DNA of 61,610 bases, the filler included, from Circinaria calcarea (taxonomy: Eukaryota): the NCBI GenBank assembly GCA_051942165.1. It is 7 parts of 7 records of this genome, joined end to end, with 100 filler letters (N's around TTAATTAATTAA, not from the genome) between each part and the next. Parts side by side here need not be neighbours in the genome. Positions count along the whole stretch, not along the records: positions 1 to 8,725 come from JAVECS010001059.1; positions 8,826 to 17,543 come from JAVECS010001060.1; 5 more parts are not named here. One strand, 5' to 3'. Made by a program: the position numbers and the translations under genes. The notes below the pieces were generated by a model. It saw nothing but the letters and a program-made list of their open reading frames with translations, did no database searches and was not told where the DNA came from. Position 1 is the first letter of the stretch. Each line of letters begins with the position of its first letter. This document shows, in pieces, positions 1 through 12,665 of the stretch.

Positions 1-459
1 GAGCAGCAGATAGCCATCGAGTGACTGATGATTCAAGACATAGGTGTCGGGAATCTGGAAGAAGGCTCCCAGCCAGTTGAAGAGACCGTTGGGGAGATCC
101 GGCGAGCGTTCCCTGCGACTGTTAGCCTCGGCCTTCGCGTATGCGATGCCCATCCGATTGTGACTTACTCGGGTCGCAGGGTCGAAATGTATGATCTCGG
201 CGAATAGAAGCGACGGAGGCTGCGGCGGAGCAGGAGGAAGAGGGAAACAAAAGCCAGAGCCACCAGCAAGACGGGGATCAAGGTGCTCAAGAACGACGAC
301 AGGGAAGGAGATTGGTTCTGGGCTGATCCGACATTCTGGTCCTGTAGATGGGGAGTCGACACGATCAGTCAATTGTACTCGATCCACAGCGAGAACGCGA
401 GGACTTACACCGCTCTCAGATACCTGCCTGCGCAAGATGGAATGGAGAGTGAGAGGCAT
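1..459 (-). CDS. CSC1/OSCA (DUF221, RSN1/PHM7-like) calcium-permeable channel, 5' part (runs off window start)
   Basis: Spliced reading: ATG at 459 (MPLTLHSILRRQ...), GTAAGT..CTACAG intron, first TM exon (SLSSFLSTLIPVLLVALAFVSLFLLLRRSLRRFYSPRSY), second intron, then ERSPDLPNGLFNWLGAFFQIPDTYVLNHQSLDGYLLL, typical of the RSN1_TM N-terminus. Confidence 0.85.
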   Translation of the reverse strand, partial: MPLTLHSILRRQVSESGVSPRVLAVDRVQLTDRVDSPSTGPECRISPEPISFPVVVLEHLDPRLAGGSGFCFPLPPAPPQPPSLLFAEIIHFDPATRVSHNRMGIAYAKAEANSRRERSPDLPNGLFNWLGAFFQIPDTYVLNHQSLDGYLLL

Positions 460-2177
460 GCTGTCTAGAGAGTGTTGACCTCCCCGCTCTCAACGAGGGC
501 GTTTTCAACGGCGACAAACGGTACTGTTCGCAAGGTGGCAGAAGAAGAAAAGTTAGTTGGAAAGAGAGTGAAGGATGTGATGGTATATCAAAGGAGTGTC
601 GGCGGCTGTTATTTGGATTTGATGGAATGAGGAATTCCCGGATTGTTGATTTGTCGCTTGTCCGACCGGGGGGAGTTTTGACTGTTTGGTGTTTGGTGTT
701 TGGGGCGTGACCGGGGGGGAAGTTTGGGTCCAGCAGGATTAAGATTAGACTCGACCCGCCTCCAGTGAATCGGGCGACCGAATGACGATCGTAGGCCTCT
801 TTCGGTCACAGGCCGGCGACAGATTCGACCCAATTCGAGCTGTGCAATCAAAAGCCGAGTGGAGACCCAAATGTAAAATGGTCAATGGTCTTCTGGGAGG
901 AGGAAGAAAGTTGAAGATGACGTCGAGCAGGAGGGAGGGGATCGGTAGGATTAAGTACGGAGTACAAGGGGGGTCATTTTAATGGCAATCACTTGGTCCT
1001 GCCAACAAACCTGCATTTCTGTCCTCCTCTTTTCCCTTTTCCCGTTTGCCCTTTACCGTCAAGTCCACCGCCAATAGCTCATCAGTGCGACCAACGCTAA
1101 ACGTCCGAGAGCTTTGGGTCGCAATCGACTTCACCTCAGCTGAAGTGGTACGAATCACCCGTCGAGCCCTCATCTCCACAGTTTTGAGTGTCACTTTGAC
1201 TGCGCCACGATCGCATCGTGGCTCTCCTCCAGCCGAGTCTCAGTCTCATGCAGCGACCGGGTGTCTTTGTCTTGTCGAACTTGTCAGAAGACAATCTGGA
1301 ATCCGGAATCCGAAGGATGCATCCTCTGAGATCCGTTAGAAGAAAGAAGACCCATCGTCACAGTTCTCACCAATCGGCGTTTGGCATTTAGGCTCGTCTT
1401 AGACCGACATTAGCGCTCATCCTACGACAATCCGCTTAACCGATCAGCCACAGGCAGGTCTGGACCCTCGGTCTATCTGTCATTCCTCGCTACATGTTCA
1501 CCATCCCGCAACTATAACATTGACTTTGGGGCTGATGAAGCGGAAAGTATATACCTTCGCTCTTCGTGTCCATCTCTTCAAGCCACATGTTGACAGTGTG
1601 GCCCCAGCTAGCTGTGGCTGCGACACCGTCACATGTATCCTTTTGCTGGCCTCCTCCGAAACGGTCCTGAACCTCGAGTGTGTATGAACTCCATCAGCTG
1701 GAGTTGGTCAATCTGCTCACCAAAGTCAATTGGACACGGCTACAGTAGGACGTGGGACTCGTCATCAGTGTGCTCGTTTTTCGAAATGGAGGAATGCGAC
1801 TGTGATCGGTGTCGAAGCATGCACACACAGTCCTCCGGCTATAGGTTCACCTATGCCAACATCGATATTTCATTGCTGCTGAGTCTGAACCGTAATGAGG
1901 CGTCTACTGCAACCGGTAGACGTTGTACGCGTGTATTGCATTCAATCATTAGAGCTCTCTACGTGATGCCTCAGTTTCATATAAAACCTCGTTTGACTGC
2001 GATAGTTAGCTTTGCATGTTTAAGCAATCCATACCTTTTACTATTGTGCCCAGCATACTCCAAGGGTACACCGTTGGTGGTCCACTCCTTCCCCTGTACC
2101 AGCCAGTCTCCTCTACATTGCCAGTCAAACTCCAAGGATACACCATCTGTGGTCGACAGATCCCCAGCAAACCAGCT

Positions 2178-2369
2178 ATGTGCATCGAAGTCTTTGCTAC
2201 CTACCTCTGCGGCCATACAATCCCCGTCTGGATACCGTGCAGCAATTACGCTCTCTACTACTGCCCAAACTACCAGCGTCGGTACTGGTCGAGACCCTTA
2301 CGTTGCTCCTGCACCTGCCGTGCCCCGATCGATAACGGCCAAGACCTTCCCGACAACGGTACTTCATGA
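2178..2369 (+). CDS. small Cys-rich protein (63 aa, MC..x..CGH..C..C pattern)
   Basis: ATG at 2178: MCIEVFATYLCGHTIPVWIPCSNYALYYCPNYQRRYWSRPLRCSCTC...; six Cys and an MC...CGH start as seen in small fungal hypothetical proteins. Confidence 0.45.
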   Translation: MCIEVFATYLCGHTIPVWIPCSNYALYYCPNYQRRYWSRPLRCSCTCRAPIDNGQDLPDNGTS

Positions 2370-3830
2370 GGCCATCTATACGACCTCGAGGACTTGGGCG
2401 TGAGGGGAGGTCCACTCGGGAGTTTAGCGGGTTGAGATCTGGACGATACGACGACAGCGAAGGAGACGCACCAAGATGCCCGCTTCACCTAGTTTCCTTG
2501 GAAGTCTACCCACGACGGAGGTCATTAATTCATCACGATCAAAGTGCTGTTAGGTCAGATGCTGGTTATCTTTTTGGTCCTATTATGTTTCGCCCTCATT
2601 TTCAACTCTTAGTGTCAGTTCACCATCAAACAGGCTGTTAGATGCACCTATGGCGCATCGGCTTCTCCAAAAAAAAAAACGAACCATAACACGATCTTTT
2701 AGACCGAAACCAGTCTCCAGTACGGATGATCCATAAAGCAATTGAGGAAGCATTCATTCAAGATTCTCTTCGTTGGTATCATCTCTAACTTATCGCCTTG
2801 TCCGGTATCATGGCTAGCCTGGTACTAATGTGGCCTTTTCTTCGTCTTATTCAACTTCGCGGAACAACACTCTAGCATAATCTGGTTCTCGTTTACTCGG
2901 GGACGACCGTGGTCATCGAGGCAGGCAACATACGAAGGCTAGGAAATACATCAGCAATCTCCACGAACGTGTCAAACGTAGGATGTCCCATCTTGGCATC
3001 ATATCGAATCGAGAATTTGCAACAGGAAAGGTCTGTTTGTTGCGTGTATCCTCTTGCGATTATTCGGTTTCTTGCCAGCATAGGCGACGAATTGGATGGA
3101 AGCGGAGAAAAATGTCTTAGATTGAGCTTTCATACGCAAGCAAAGCATATACTTTTCTAATTGTCTTATACAAGGATACACCACCCCCCAGCAGCTAGGC
3201 AATCTGTATGATTATATCGTATTAAGCTCGGAGTACCTCACCTCACGTCGTCCTGACCGGTACTCTCTCCTTCGTGTGCCAGATTAACCGCTGGTAGCTT
3301 CCTCCGACTTCCATAAGCTATTAACGGGTCTATGGCTCAAACACGGCTGCAGTCGTCGGGTCAAGTCCTTTTCCTTCCACGATATCCCATACCTCTGGCT
3401 TCTTGAGCGTCAGCTCAGTGTAATTAGCCTATTGGTTGCAGTTCTCGAGTCCCTCGGGCTTTGTTGTCGGTATCTTCCCTTCGGCGTGTCCTCATATGCC
3501 TCTGAAGTCACGCTGTTACCAAAGCGAAACGCGACCCAAAAACTCTGTGGGGAGATATCTTTTTATAAAGCGGTACTGTAATGTTGCAGCTGAAGCGTTT
3601 TCAATAGGCTGCTGTAATAGAAGTATCTAAGCACCTGTGTCTAAAGAGGAAAAAATTGGGAATCCTTTCCTCCCTATCTAATCCTACCCCGCACACCTTG
3701 ATTCACGAGTGTGCGCCGTACTAATTATGGCACCTGCGATAGCCGTTGATAGGGTATCGAGGCTACGAGGTTACACCATCTGTATATATTAGGGACGTGT
3801 TCTCATGTACGGTCAACATTTAGATCCACG

Positions 3831-6800
3831 ATGGCTTCTGATAATGTTTGGACACGCGCCTTGAGGGATTTTCTGGATGATCCTAGTTTATCTGAGGAGG
3901 AACGTGTACCACTGCAGTCATGCTCCGAACAAAAAGTACGAACCGACCTTGCTGCCTTGGTCGATCCGCTTCTAGATAGAAGTAGGCTACGGAGATGTAT
4001 ACAGTCTCTGGAGCCTCTATTCTCAGGATTAAAACGTTTTGGGAAGGCAGTTGACGTGTTTTGTAACGCGGAGCCGTTTGGGATCTTATCTCTTTGCTGG
4101 GGAGGCGTACGGATGGTTCTAGTAGTAGGTCTAGAGAGTCAAAAGATATTGGATACTCAACTAATATTGACAGTACTAAGGTTGCTGGGGCCTTTAGCTC
4201 GTACTTCGAAGACGTTTGCTCCTTCTTGGGTGAGATTGGAGATACCCTTGGGAGGCTGATGGAATATGAGGAGCTTTCAAAGCATACAGTACGATTCGAG
4301 AATTCGCTCTACAAAGTGTTCCAGGAATTTTTACGATTCGTCCGTCAAACCCACAAAGTCTTCAAGAGAGCTAGCAGCAAGTCGAAAGCCAAAGGGTTGC
4401 TCATGAAAAGTATTTGGAAGGATGTAGAAGGTGATTTACGGAAACAGATTACGGCCATTCAACAGTGCTGTGAAACAGCGGAAAGAGAGGCCCAGCTCGC
4501 AATAAGCAAAACAAGTTTGGAGCGTTTAGCACAAACCTCCGACTTGATTACAGAGGGCCGGCGTTTTCAAGGTCAGACTTCGCTGCATTTATCGCAGGGG
4601 ATCGCCTTTGTCGACCAACCATGAATTCCAAGTTATAGCTGCTAAAGAGAAAGCGCGTAAGGACGCAGCCAAACGGGTCTTCAATTGGTTGGGACCAATT
4701 GATGTTACCGAGGATTATCGTCGGTTAAGAAAGGATCCAAACAAGCAACTATGCCAGTGGATTCACTCCAACCACGAGTTCTCCGATTGGCTCTCATCAA
4801 AGGATGTCACGAGTGTCAACAAAGTGAAGCCTTCTTTACTTTGGATTAGTGCCATCCTTGGAGCCGGTAAGACGTATCTGTCTGCGACGATTGTGGAGAT
4901 TCTGGGCGACAGTCAACCAGTTGCGTATTTTTTTGGTGATACTAAAGATGAGAGCAAGCGAGTCTTCTTAAGTGTTGTTCGGACGTGGGCGGCACAGCTC
5001 CTGGAACAGAAGCCGTCTGAGCTCGAAGAAATTGGCAAGATTTACAGGGCTAGTGGGGTATCTCTCAACACGACAAGTGCCGTCAAGGCTTTACGACGTC
5101 TGGTAAAGGCGGGAAACCCATGTCGCCTGATCCTCGATGGCCTAGATGAATTTGTTCACAGCCTAAGGAGCGAAATCATACAGCTCTGCGAAACTCTCCT
5201 CTCGGAAGCCAAATTGCTGATTGCTAGCCGTTCGGAAGTTGATATTGAGCGAGCGATGTTGAAAATGGGTAGCAAAGTGGCTCGGGTCCACATCCGTAAG
5301 GAAGATAATTCGGCTGACATCCAGGCTTATCTTCGGGTGATGATCAAAGGCCTACAGCTGAATAACATCGAACTTTAGAAACTCATCGCCGCCAAACTGT
5401 TGCATGGGGCGAACGGAATGTTCATGTGGGTTCGCCTGATGATAGAAGAACTCTACAGGCAAACTACGGCTAGGTAGGTGAAGCAGTGTGTGGAAAACTT
5501 GCCTACAGGTCTCCACGATGTATATGGAGGAGTTCTAGAACGAATGTACCAATATTCAGACCCAGTCAGAAACACGGCCCGCCGGATATTACAATGGATC
5601 GCATGTGCTTTACGGCCGCTCTCCGTCAACGAATTAGTCGACGCATTGGCGATAGAAATAACTTCGATTGTCTTGAATCTGACGAAAAAAGTAATTAACC
5701 TTAGCAGTATAGCTGTCGTGGTTCTCTAATCGAAATCGAGAGAAATAAAGATACTGTGCCAGTGGCACATGCTTCAGTACAAGACTATCTAGCTAGGTCC
5801 TTGTGTCAAAAGGAGCCATATTCGGCTTCGATGGTCCATGCACAAGATGCTCACTATATGGTAGCTCGATCTTGCATCACGTACCTTTCATACAGCAACC
5901 TCACATATATAGCAGCCGGGGATGATTTAAATACTGCGCTTACCAGTCTCGAGCAGCATTTTGAACAAAGCGGCTTTCTTGAATATATATCTTTGCACCG
6001 GCGTTGAACGGCGGGCTTCAACGCCGATCTTTATCAAACGCTGCTACAGTTTCTTAGATCCGAACAATCACATGATCCATTAGCTACAAGTATTCCATGG
6101 CTTGAGAGGCGACAACGGTACCGGGTTAAGCGGCCCTGTGGTTAGCATTATTCATAACATTCCGCATGCCTTCCTGATATTCGATTCGAAACGGGACCAT
6201 ATCGGGATTAGGAGTTTAGCCGAAAGGCTCCAAAAACCGGCGGGAAATCGCCTTCTCCAGTGGCAACGTTTCTTTCAAAATCACGAACGCTATTGGCTCC
6301 CTATTCAGGTTGACGGCTTCTTCGATTTTGTGGATATAGTGCAGTATATATTAGGGAGGGGAGTAGACGTGAATGCAAAAGGTTGCTCAGGCTCTACTGC
6401 TCTGACCTTTACTGCCCAGGGCGATGGAGTTGCAAGTGTTAAGCTCCTACTCGAAAAGGGTACGGATCAGGATTGCCAAAAGTCCCGCGCTGGCCGTACA
6501 GCTCTGATGTGGATGGTCTATGCTAACTATGCTGACGGTGAAGATCCTGGAGTCATTGCCCCTGGAGAACCTTACCGCAGTGCTCGGGTTCTACTGGAAG
6601 CCAGCGCCAACGTTGATCTGCAAGATAGGTTAGAACATCGGACATTTTTACACCACTTGTGTACTGCTTGGAAGGAGACGGATCACGAAGTCGCATTGGT
6701 CGAGTTAGTACTCAAATACAACCCTCGATCAGTTGAATTCAGAGACCACAGAGGATTTACACCACTTGACCTCGCAGTAAGCAGACATTCCCTCCGAATA

Positions 6801-7916
6801 ACTGAACTCCTCATCAAAAATGGAGCCCCAGTTGATTTCCAAGGCGATTGGAAGAGACCTTTACATCACGCTTGCAATATCGGAGACTTGGCTCTGGTTT
6901 TCATGCTTATCGCGGCTGGAGCCGACGTGAATTGCCAGCAGCCATCCGATGGAGCTACGCCGCTGCATGTGGCAGCAATATTCAAATTGCCAGACATCGG
7001 AGAGTTGCTGCTCAAGTCAGGAGCAGCCCCTGATTGCTTAAACCATCAGAGGCGTCTCCCCCTTCATATTGCTGCAGAGGAAGAACAGGTTGGTTTGGCG
7101 AAGAACCTCATTGCTCATGACAGCCCTGTGAACGTCAAAGATGTTAGCGGTGACACACCACTAGACTTGGCACTAAGAAATGATTTTATGGTGATAGCTC
7201 AGATTCTACTACAATCCGGTGCTGTTCATCAAGCTCTACCTGGACCAACTTTTACATCTGACAAACCCACCAAGAGGAAAGAACTGTTGGTGCACAAGAA
7301 CGCAAAACCCGAGATCTACCATCCGGATAACGAGCACGAGGTTCTAAAGACCCTCTTCCTCTTGCGTTGCCGTACCAACGGTCAAGTCAAGAGACAACGA
7401 TTAGTACGCATCATAGACCTCGCACAATACTGGGTCAAGGCCAAGGTATCTCGAGATAAGTACTGGAAGGTAGCCTGGGAGGACAGCGGTCCTTCCTATG
7501 TGCAAACATTTCCCATCACCGGTTCTCCCAGGTCGCCCGTGCGGAAGGTCACATTTACTCTTAAGAGTCATGACCAGGGCTGGAGTGACACCGTTGAGTT
7601 CCACGGTACATATGAGAACAGCTGTACCTGGTTCGACGCCTACGTGATCAAGGCCGGCAAAAGCGTCAAGGAATCCCAAACCCAGGCGTTCCAGGACGCA
7701 TTTACATTGCAGGCAAACGTGCATGCCAAGAAAGACCCGACGGTTCATACGGTCGTCTGGCAATCTGATGGTCTCGATACGGAAGACGCTCAGGCCCGAT
7801 GGATCAGAAGTCTAGGGGTTGGTGATATTATCGCCGTGGTTCCGATGGCTCGTTTTCCTGGCTGGGTCAATCATATCTATGCGGTACAGGTTGAGGTATA
7901 CTCTAGTTGGTTATGA
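3831..7916 (+). pseudogene. NACHT-ankyrin NLR-like (STAND) gene with disrupted NACHT region; 3' ankyrin plus C-terminal domain ORF (6102-7916) is open
   Basis: N-terminal helical domain (…LSLCWGGVRMVL, intron 4125-4180). Walker A AILGAGKTYLS, Walker B LILDGLDE, GANGMFMWVRL, LQWIACALRPLSVNEL, HASVQDYL, then many ankyrin repeats (GFTPLDLA, GATPLHVAA, GDTPLDLA). In-frame TAG at 5376-5378 and 5475-5477; frame changes near 4600, 5700 and 6000-6100. Confidence 0.85.
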
Positions 7917-8725
7917 TAACTTCAACAACATATCTTCTCGTCATCGAACGCGAGGCTGCTATATGGAATCATACTCGTCAAGTCTGTGCAGGTATTTCTC
8001 CATGACATTTTCCCACCACGTCGTTTCAATACTAGTTTCACAGCATGAATATTAATATCATTCACCCACCCGTCCATCCGCAAGGACTTCATATGCTCAC
8101 CGTACCCAGCCCGCGCAATCACAATTCCAAAGACCGTATGTGTCTTGGTAAGATGAGATGAACACAGAATCAAAAGCTCTCGATGCACCCAATTCGATTC
8201 GGCTTGAGCTGGTCTGTGTCAGGTTTAAGACACCAAGTCTGGCATCGCTGATCGGTTGCGTTGCCGGTTGACAGTTACTAATATGCAGGATCCTAGAGAG
8301 GGAAAAGCAGGAGAGAAGATTCTTGATAAAGCAAGGAATAAACCATAGCCGTACCATTTACATATCCAACCAGAGACTGGAGATATCAATCCGGGCGCTC
8401 CGGAAGGATACCACATTATTGTCACTGTTTTTGGGGGATAAGAAGGGAGTGTCATGTCCGCAGGAAAGATAGATTGTTGACGAGATGATAGTGCATGTGT
8501 AATGTGATAAAAGCGTACATTGGGCGGTGGAGCGGGAGAAGTTTATGTATACAATCGAGGAAATGAAAAGGTTTTGGAGAGGGAGTTGGTTTACCAGACG
8601 GGGGCATCTTTCCAGCTATCTGCCAGGTAACCTTCTTCTGAGCTTGATATATGATGTACATCTTTATGATACACCCGACGAGCGGTCTGTAGTACCCATT
8701 TATATATACATAGGAGCACAATTCC

Positions 8726-8825
8726 NNNNNNNNNNNNNNNNNNNNNNNNNNNNNNNNNNNNNNNNNNNNTTAATTAATTAANNNNNNNNNNNNNNNNNNN
8801 NNNNNNNNNNNNNNNNNNNNNNNNN
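8726..8825. other. artificial contig spacer (N44-TTAATTAATTAA-N44)
   Basis: 100-nt N run with a six-frame-stop linker. Confidence 0.99.
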
Positions 8826-9031
8826 CCGCGGCCAGTTTTGCTATATGCAAATAGTGCCAGGTCATGCTCGTTTCTTGAGGTCCAGCCACATCTTCTTACA
8901 TGCTTTTTTTGGTACGTCTCGGACCGAAACATGTATCCTGCCCGACCTTACCATGTGCTGAGTCTACCCTTCGTCGGAGAAAGCACTCATCAAAGTTCAA
9001 ATTACATTCGTACTCGGCAAATGCCAATTTT

Positions 9032-10456
9032 TTATACCATTCGCAATGTTGATTTTCTTGTCGCAGTCGGTTCCAACTCCGTGAGTGATATTGCTGGGTT
9101 ATTAAAGGGCCAATAATCACGGGCTACCACTACATCTGTTAATTCAGGCAGCGGTGTCAAGTTGTTCCGGCTGTTCCTATTTCCGCTATCTGCACTAGGC
9201 CAAGTTTCTGGATTGGCCTTTGCGGATACCCCCCTGTGTAGGTAGGGTCTTAATCGAGCATTCTGAATGCATCTTCTCAAGTTTGACCCGCTCCTGATGT
9301 AAGTCTCCAGCTTTGCAGGCATGACCCTAATAAAAATAGGGCGAAGTACTGGAGCACATCCACATATGACCGCGAGAGTAGTGACTATGATGCTCCAGAT
9401 ATCGGGGACTACTAGGGTGTAAGTGATATCGGAGAACGAGATGGCGAAAATTGAAATAATTCGAAGAACACTGAATAAGCAGACTCTGTTGATAAACGAA
9501 ATTGCGTTAGCGGAAAGGCAGGGCAGACTCAACAAAGAAGCCTAGTGAGCATGGGGCGTACATACAAGAGGCCTATCCCGAATATCCCGGTCAGAGCAGC
9601 CTTGGAGCCACGGGCGATTTGCATGTTCCACACTCTTGGTACCGGGAGGCTCAGGATCAGGAGATCTGTCGTAATATTTCCAATTCCGGTCGCTAATAGA
9701 CCGGCGTGTTGGTTGCCACATACACCTTGGACGCTGAGATCCCACATAGAGCGGAGCGGCCGACATTGTAAAAAGTAAAACATGATCGAGCCTGTACCGA
9801 AAAGAGCGACGATGAACATGGTTACATAGGCTCTGAACCAGAATGACCGGCACCCAAAAATACGGATAAACAGGTAGAGCAGTGAGTTCTTCACACACCA
9901 TTTGGAGCAGCTCCAGGTGACCTCAGCCGCAAGGAGAGTCTATACATGGAATTTATCAGTTGAGGATGCTGCATGGATATAACGACGACGTATACCGGCC
10001 GTGGGCGTAGGATTCAAGACATTAGAAGAACAACGTATGTACCTTGAGTGCCAATTCCACCGTTTCAGGACTGACTTCAGTCGTATGGCGCCCGACACCA
10101 CCGATGCTGCCGCCTGTCGTCGTCGTCGTCGTCGTCAGAATGTAAACGAAGTCTGACCGGAGTCGATGACTGACCCACGACCTCGGAAATGCCATTTCCA
10201 TATGTAAATATCTGGTGAAGTCAGTCTTGTGTAATTCGCACAATGTGCAGTGATTCCGCACCAAAGCCGCAAATATCCAGTAGTCATCCGCTCCCAACGA
10301 TGCCTTGTTGATTCTCCTGGCCAACCACCGAAGGAAGACAAACAAAGTGGCTATGAAAAGAAAAACGGCGGTCACCATGATGACTTCCATACCCCTATTC
10401 TCTTTGGTTCTCTCTTCATTGGCACGATCAATTTGCCTGCGAAGTAAGAATGCCAT
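9032..10456 (-). CDS. Pth11-like (fungal rhodopsin-domain) integral membrane protein/GPCR, no CFEM domain
   Basis: Multi-exon. ATLFVFLRWLARRINKASLGADDYWIFAAL, KNSLLYLFIRIF, QCRPLRSMWD…C, NITTDLLILSLPVPRVWNMQ…K..L..IFGIG, WSII…LAVICGCAPVLRP are hallmark motifs. Confidence 0.9.
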
Positions 10457-12665
10457 GCTGGCGGAAGAAACAATTTGGCAGCGAAGAACCAAATATAGCC
10501 ACGACCCGGGTATGGGAGCAGCGCGATCCAGCCGAGTACCGTAACACTTTAGAGATGGATCTCAACAGCGGTACAAAAGTGAAAGGATCCTTGCCTGAAC
10601 CAAAGAAAGGCCAGGTGCAAGTATGAATAATGATTGAAGCCATGGAAGAGCATTACCTCATAGGAAAAAGCAATAAACTGGGGCCATGGTGTCTGAAAGG
10701 GATGATGAGCGATACCTCAGGTTACAACCGATAGGGACGATGGATGCCACTGCGAGGTTGGATCGCGACATGTTAGCAATCAGCTCACGGAGCTCCCTCC
10801 GATACCTTTTGGATCAATCAAGGCGGCTTGCAGCGTCGCCTGATAAGGGAAAGATATCATGTTGGGATGATGGTCTTGCCCAGCGTGCATCTTGATTCTT
10901 GCTGTGGTACGGAGTAAATTCCACTGCAATGTAAATTCGACGTGGTTCGGGCCGGCTCAACATCGAACCGGGTACCATAGAGATACTACCAAGGGGACAG
11001 ACAGCAAACGATGCTCCGGAGATGCTGATACTGCTACCGACGCTGTCGTAGTCGTTGCCTTGTTCTCGATTACCGACTGCATCCATGGTCGAATGCGTTT
11101 GATGATCATCGTCTCACGCATGGCGAGTTAAGCGCACCGTTGATCCGGCAGCGAAATCATTTGTTGCGGGAATGAAAAGACGATTGGGCCAGCTTCATCC
11201 TCGAATCGAGATCTCATCGGTCAAGTAAACGGAGTAGGCTATTGTTTCCCACGGACGGCAGGCGGATTGCTAACCGTCTTGTGTCAGTGGCTGCGTTTCA
11301 GGGCAGTCGTGGTGTGCAGGTCATGGCAGCAGTCAAATGGATGCTGCCAATATCATCCTTTCACCAATCATAGACGCGCATCCGACTTTCAATGTTCCCG
11401 AGAACTGGACTGTAAGATCCGCCTCTACAAATATGGGCGGGCAGAAAATGAACATCCGCCACCAGCAAATGGGAAATTACCGACGCAGAATAGAGAGGAG
11501 GAGGTACACGGCCGGCCATGCTCGGGTCGTACAGAGAGGATCGACATGCCCGGGCCAGCACACACTTGCTGCAATCGCCTTACGCACGTAGAAGCGCGGC
11601 TAAAGCTGGAAAGGGAGCAATCCGTTCGCTTCCTTTCGTGGGGGCAATAGGAGGCGAATCGGTGATGGCCTTGAGTTTGACTGGCGCACTCTTCGCGCTT
11701 GTACCTTCGATCCCAGAGATCGCATTATATTACAAATCCGGTGGAGGCTGGGAACCTTCATCCATTGAGCATGGAGATTGTTGCGAAGACGCTGGAGAGC
11801 TGAGGGAGGGGCGAGTTCCTGCGGGGATTATTTGGCATGGGCTTTCCAACCAATGCGGGTCGCGCGTGAAAAGGAAATGCAGAATGCAGGACGATAATCA
11901 TAATCTTATTATTACAAGAAATCCCTGTGGCATCCCAGAGACGGGTGAGCACCGGCCTTAGTTTCCCTGGTTATTGCCTCTCGCACCACGACCATGGGCC
12001 AGATGGATAATGTGGAATATACTTTTCTGCCTGGAGGGCGCGCAACTTATGCTTTTGAACAGGTCGCAACAACAACAATTAAAGAATAGTGATGGGTATT
12101 ATCTATTCGTCATCAGCAATCACGTTTAGAGCAAAAGGGAAACGCAATCTTTCGCGGGGAGGAATTATTAGCCTTGGCGGTGCACCTCACTTCCCCAGCA
12201 CGGGCCACTCATCTCTGCATTCGACCCTCCACAGGGGGGACAGACAGTCAGCAATTGGTAATATCTCGAGTCCTTTCCCTCTTCCTATCAGAAACCACCA
12301 TGCACCGTTTCTCCCTTGCATACCACCCTCTCTCTCCGCTCTCTCCACCTGGTGGCCCCCAATTGGTGATTTGATTTGATTGTTTAATTGCCGGCCGGGT
12401 CTCGTTCAACAAGTGCCCCACATCATGCTCACCGCATCGCTCTCTCTTCCATCCGCTGCTTGACTTGATCCATTGATGTACATAGGCAATCCTTTTCATT
12501 GCGACTTCCTCTTACCTGCCTTGACATGCCTGTTTCTTGCCTTTGAATGTCGGGGGCGGTATGAATAACACGACTCAACGACCTTTACGAACGATACGAA
12601 ATTAGACCCCAAGCGCATGCGGTACGACTTTGCCATCCAAAATACTTCCGTCTATTCCTCAGGCA

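Noticed and set aside
1633..2403. 256-aa ORF
   Set aside because: No domain-like features; it overlaps the more plausible Cys-rich ORF in another frame.
8770..8781. TTAATTAATTAA palindrome recurring every ~8.8 kb
   Set aside because: Always centred in N runs; it is an assembly linker with stops in all six frames, not biology.
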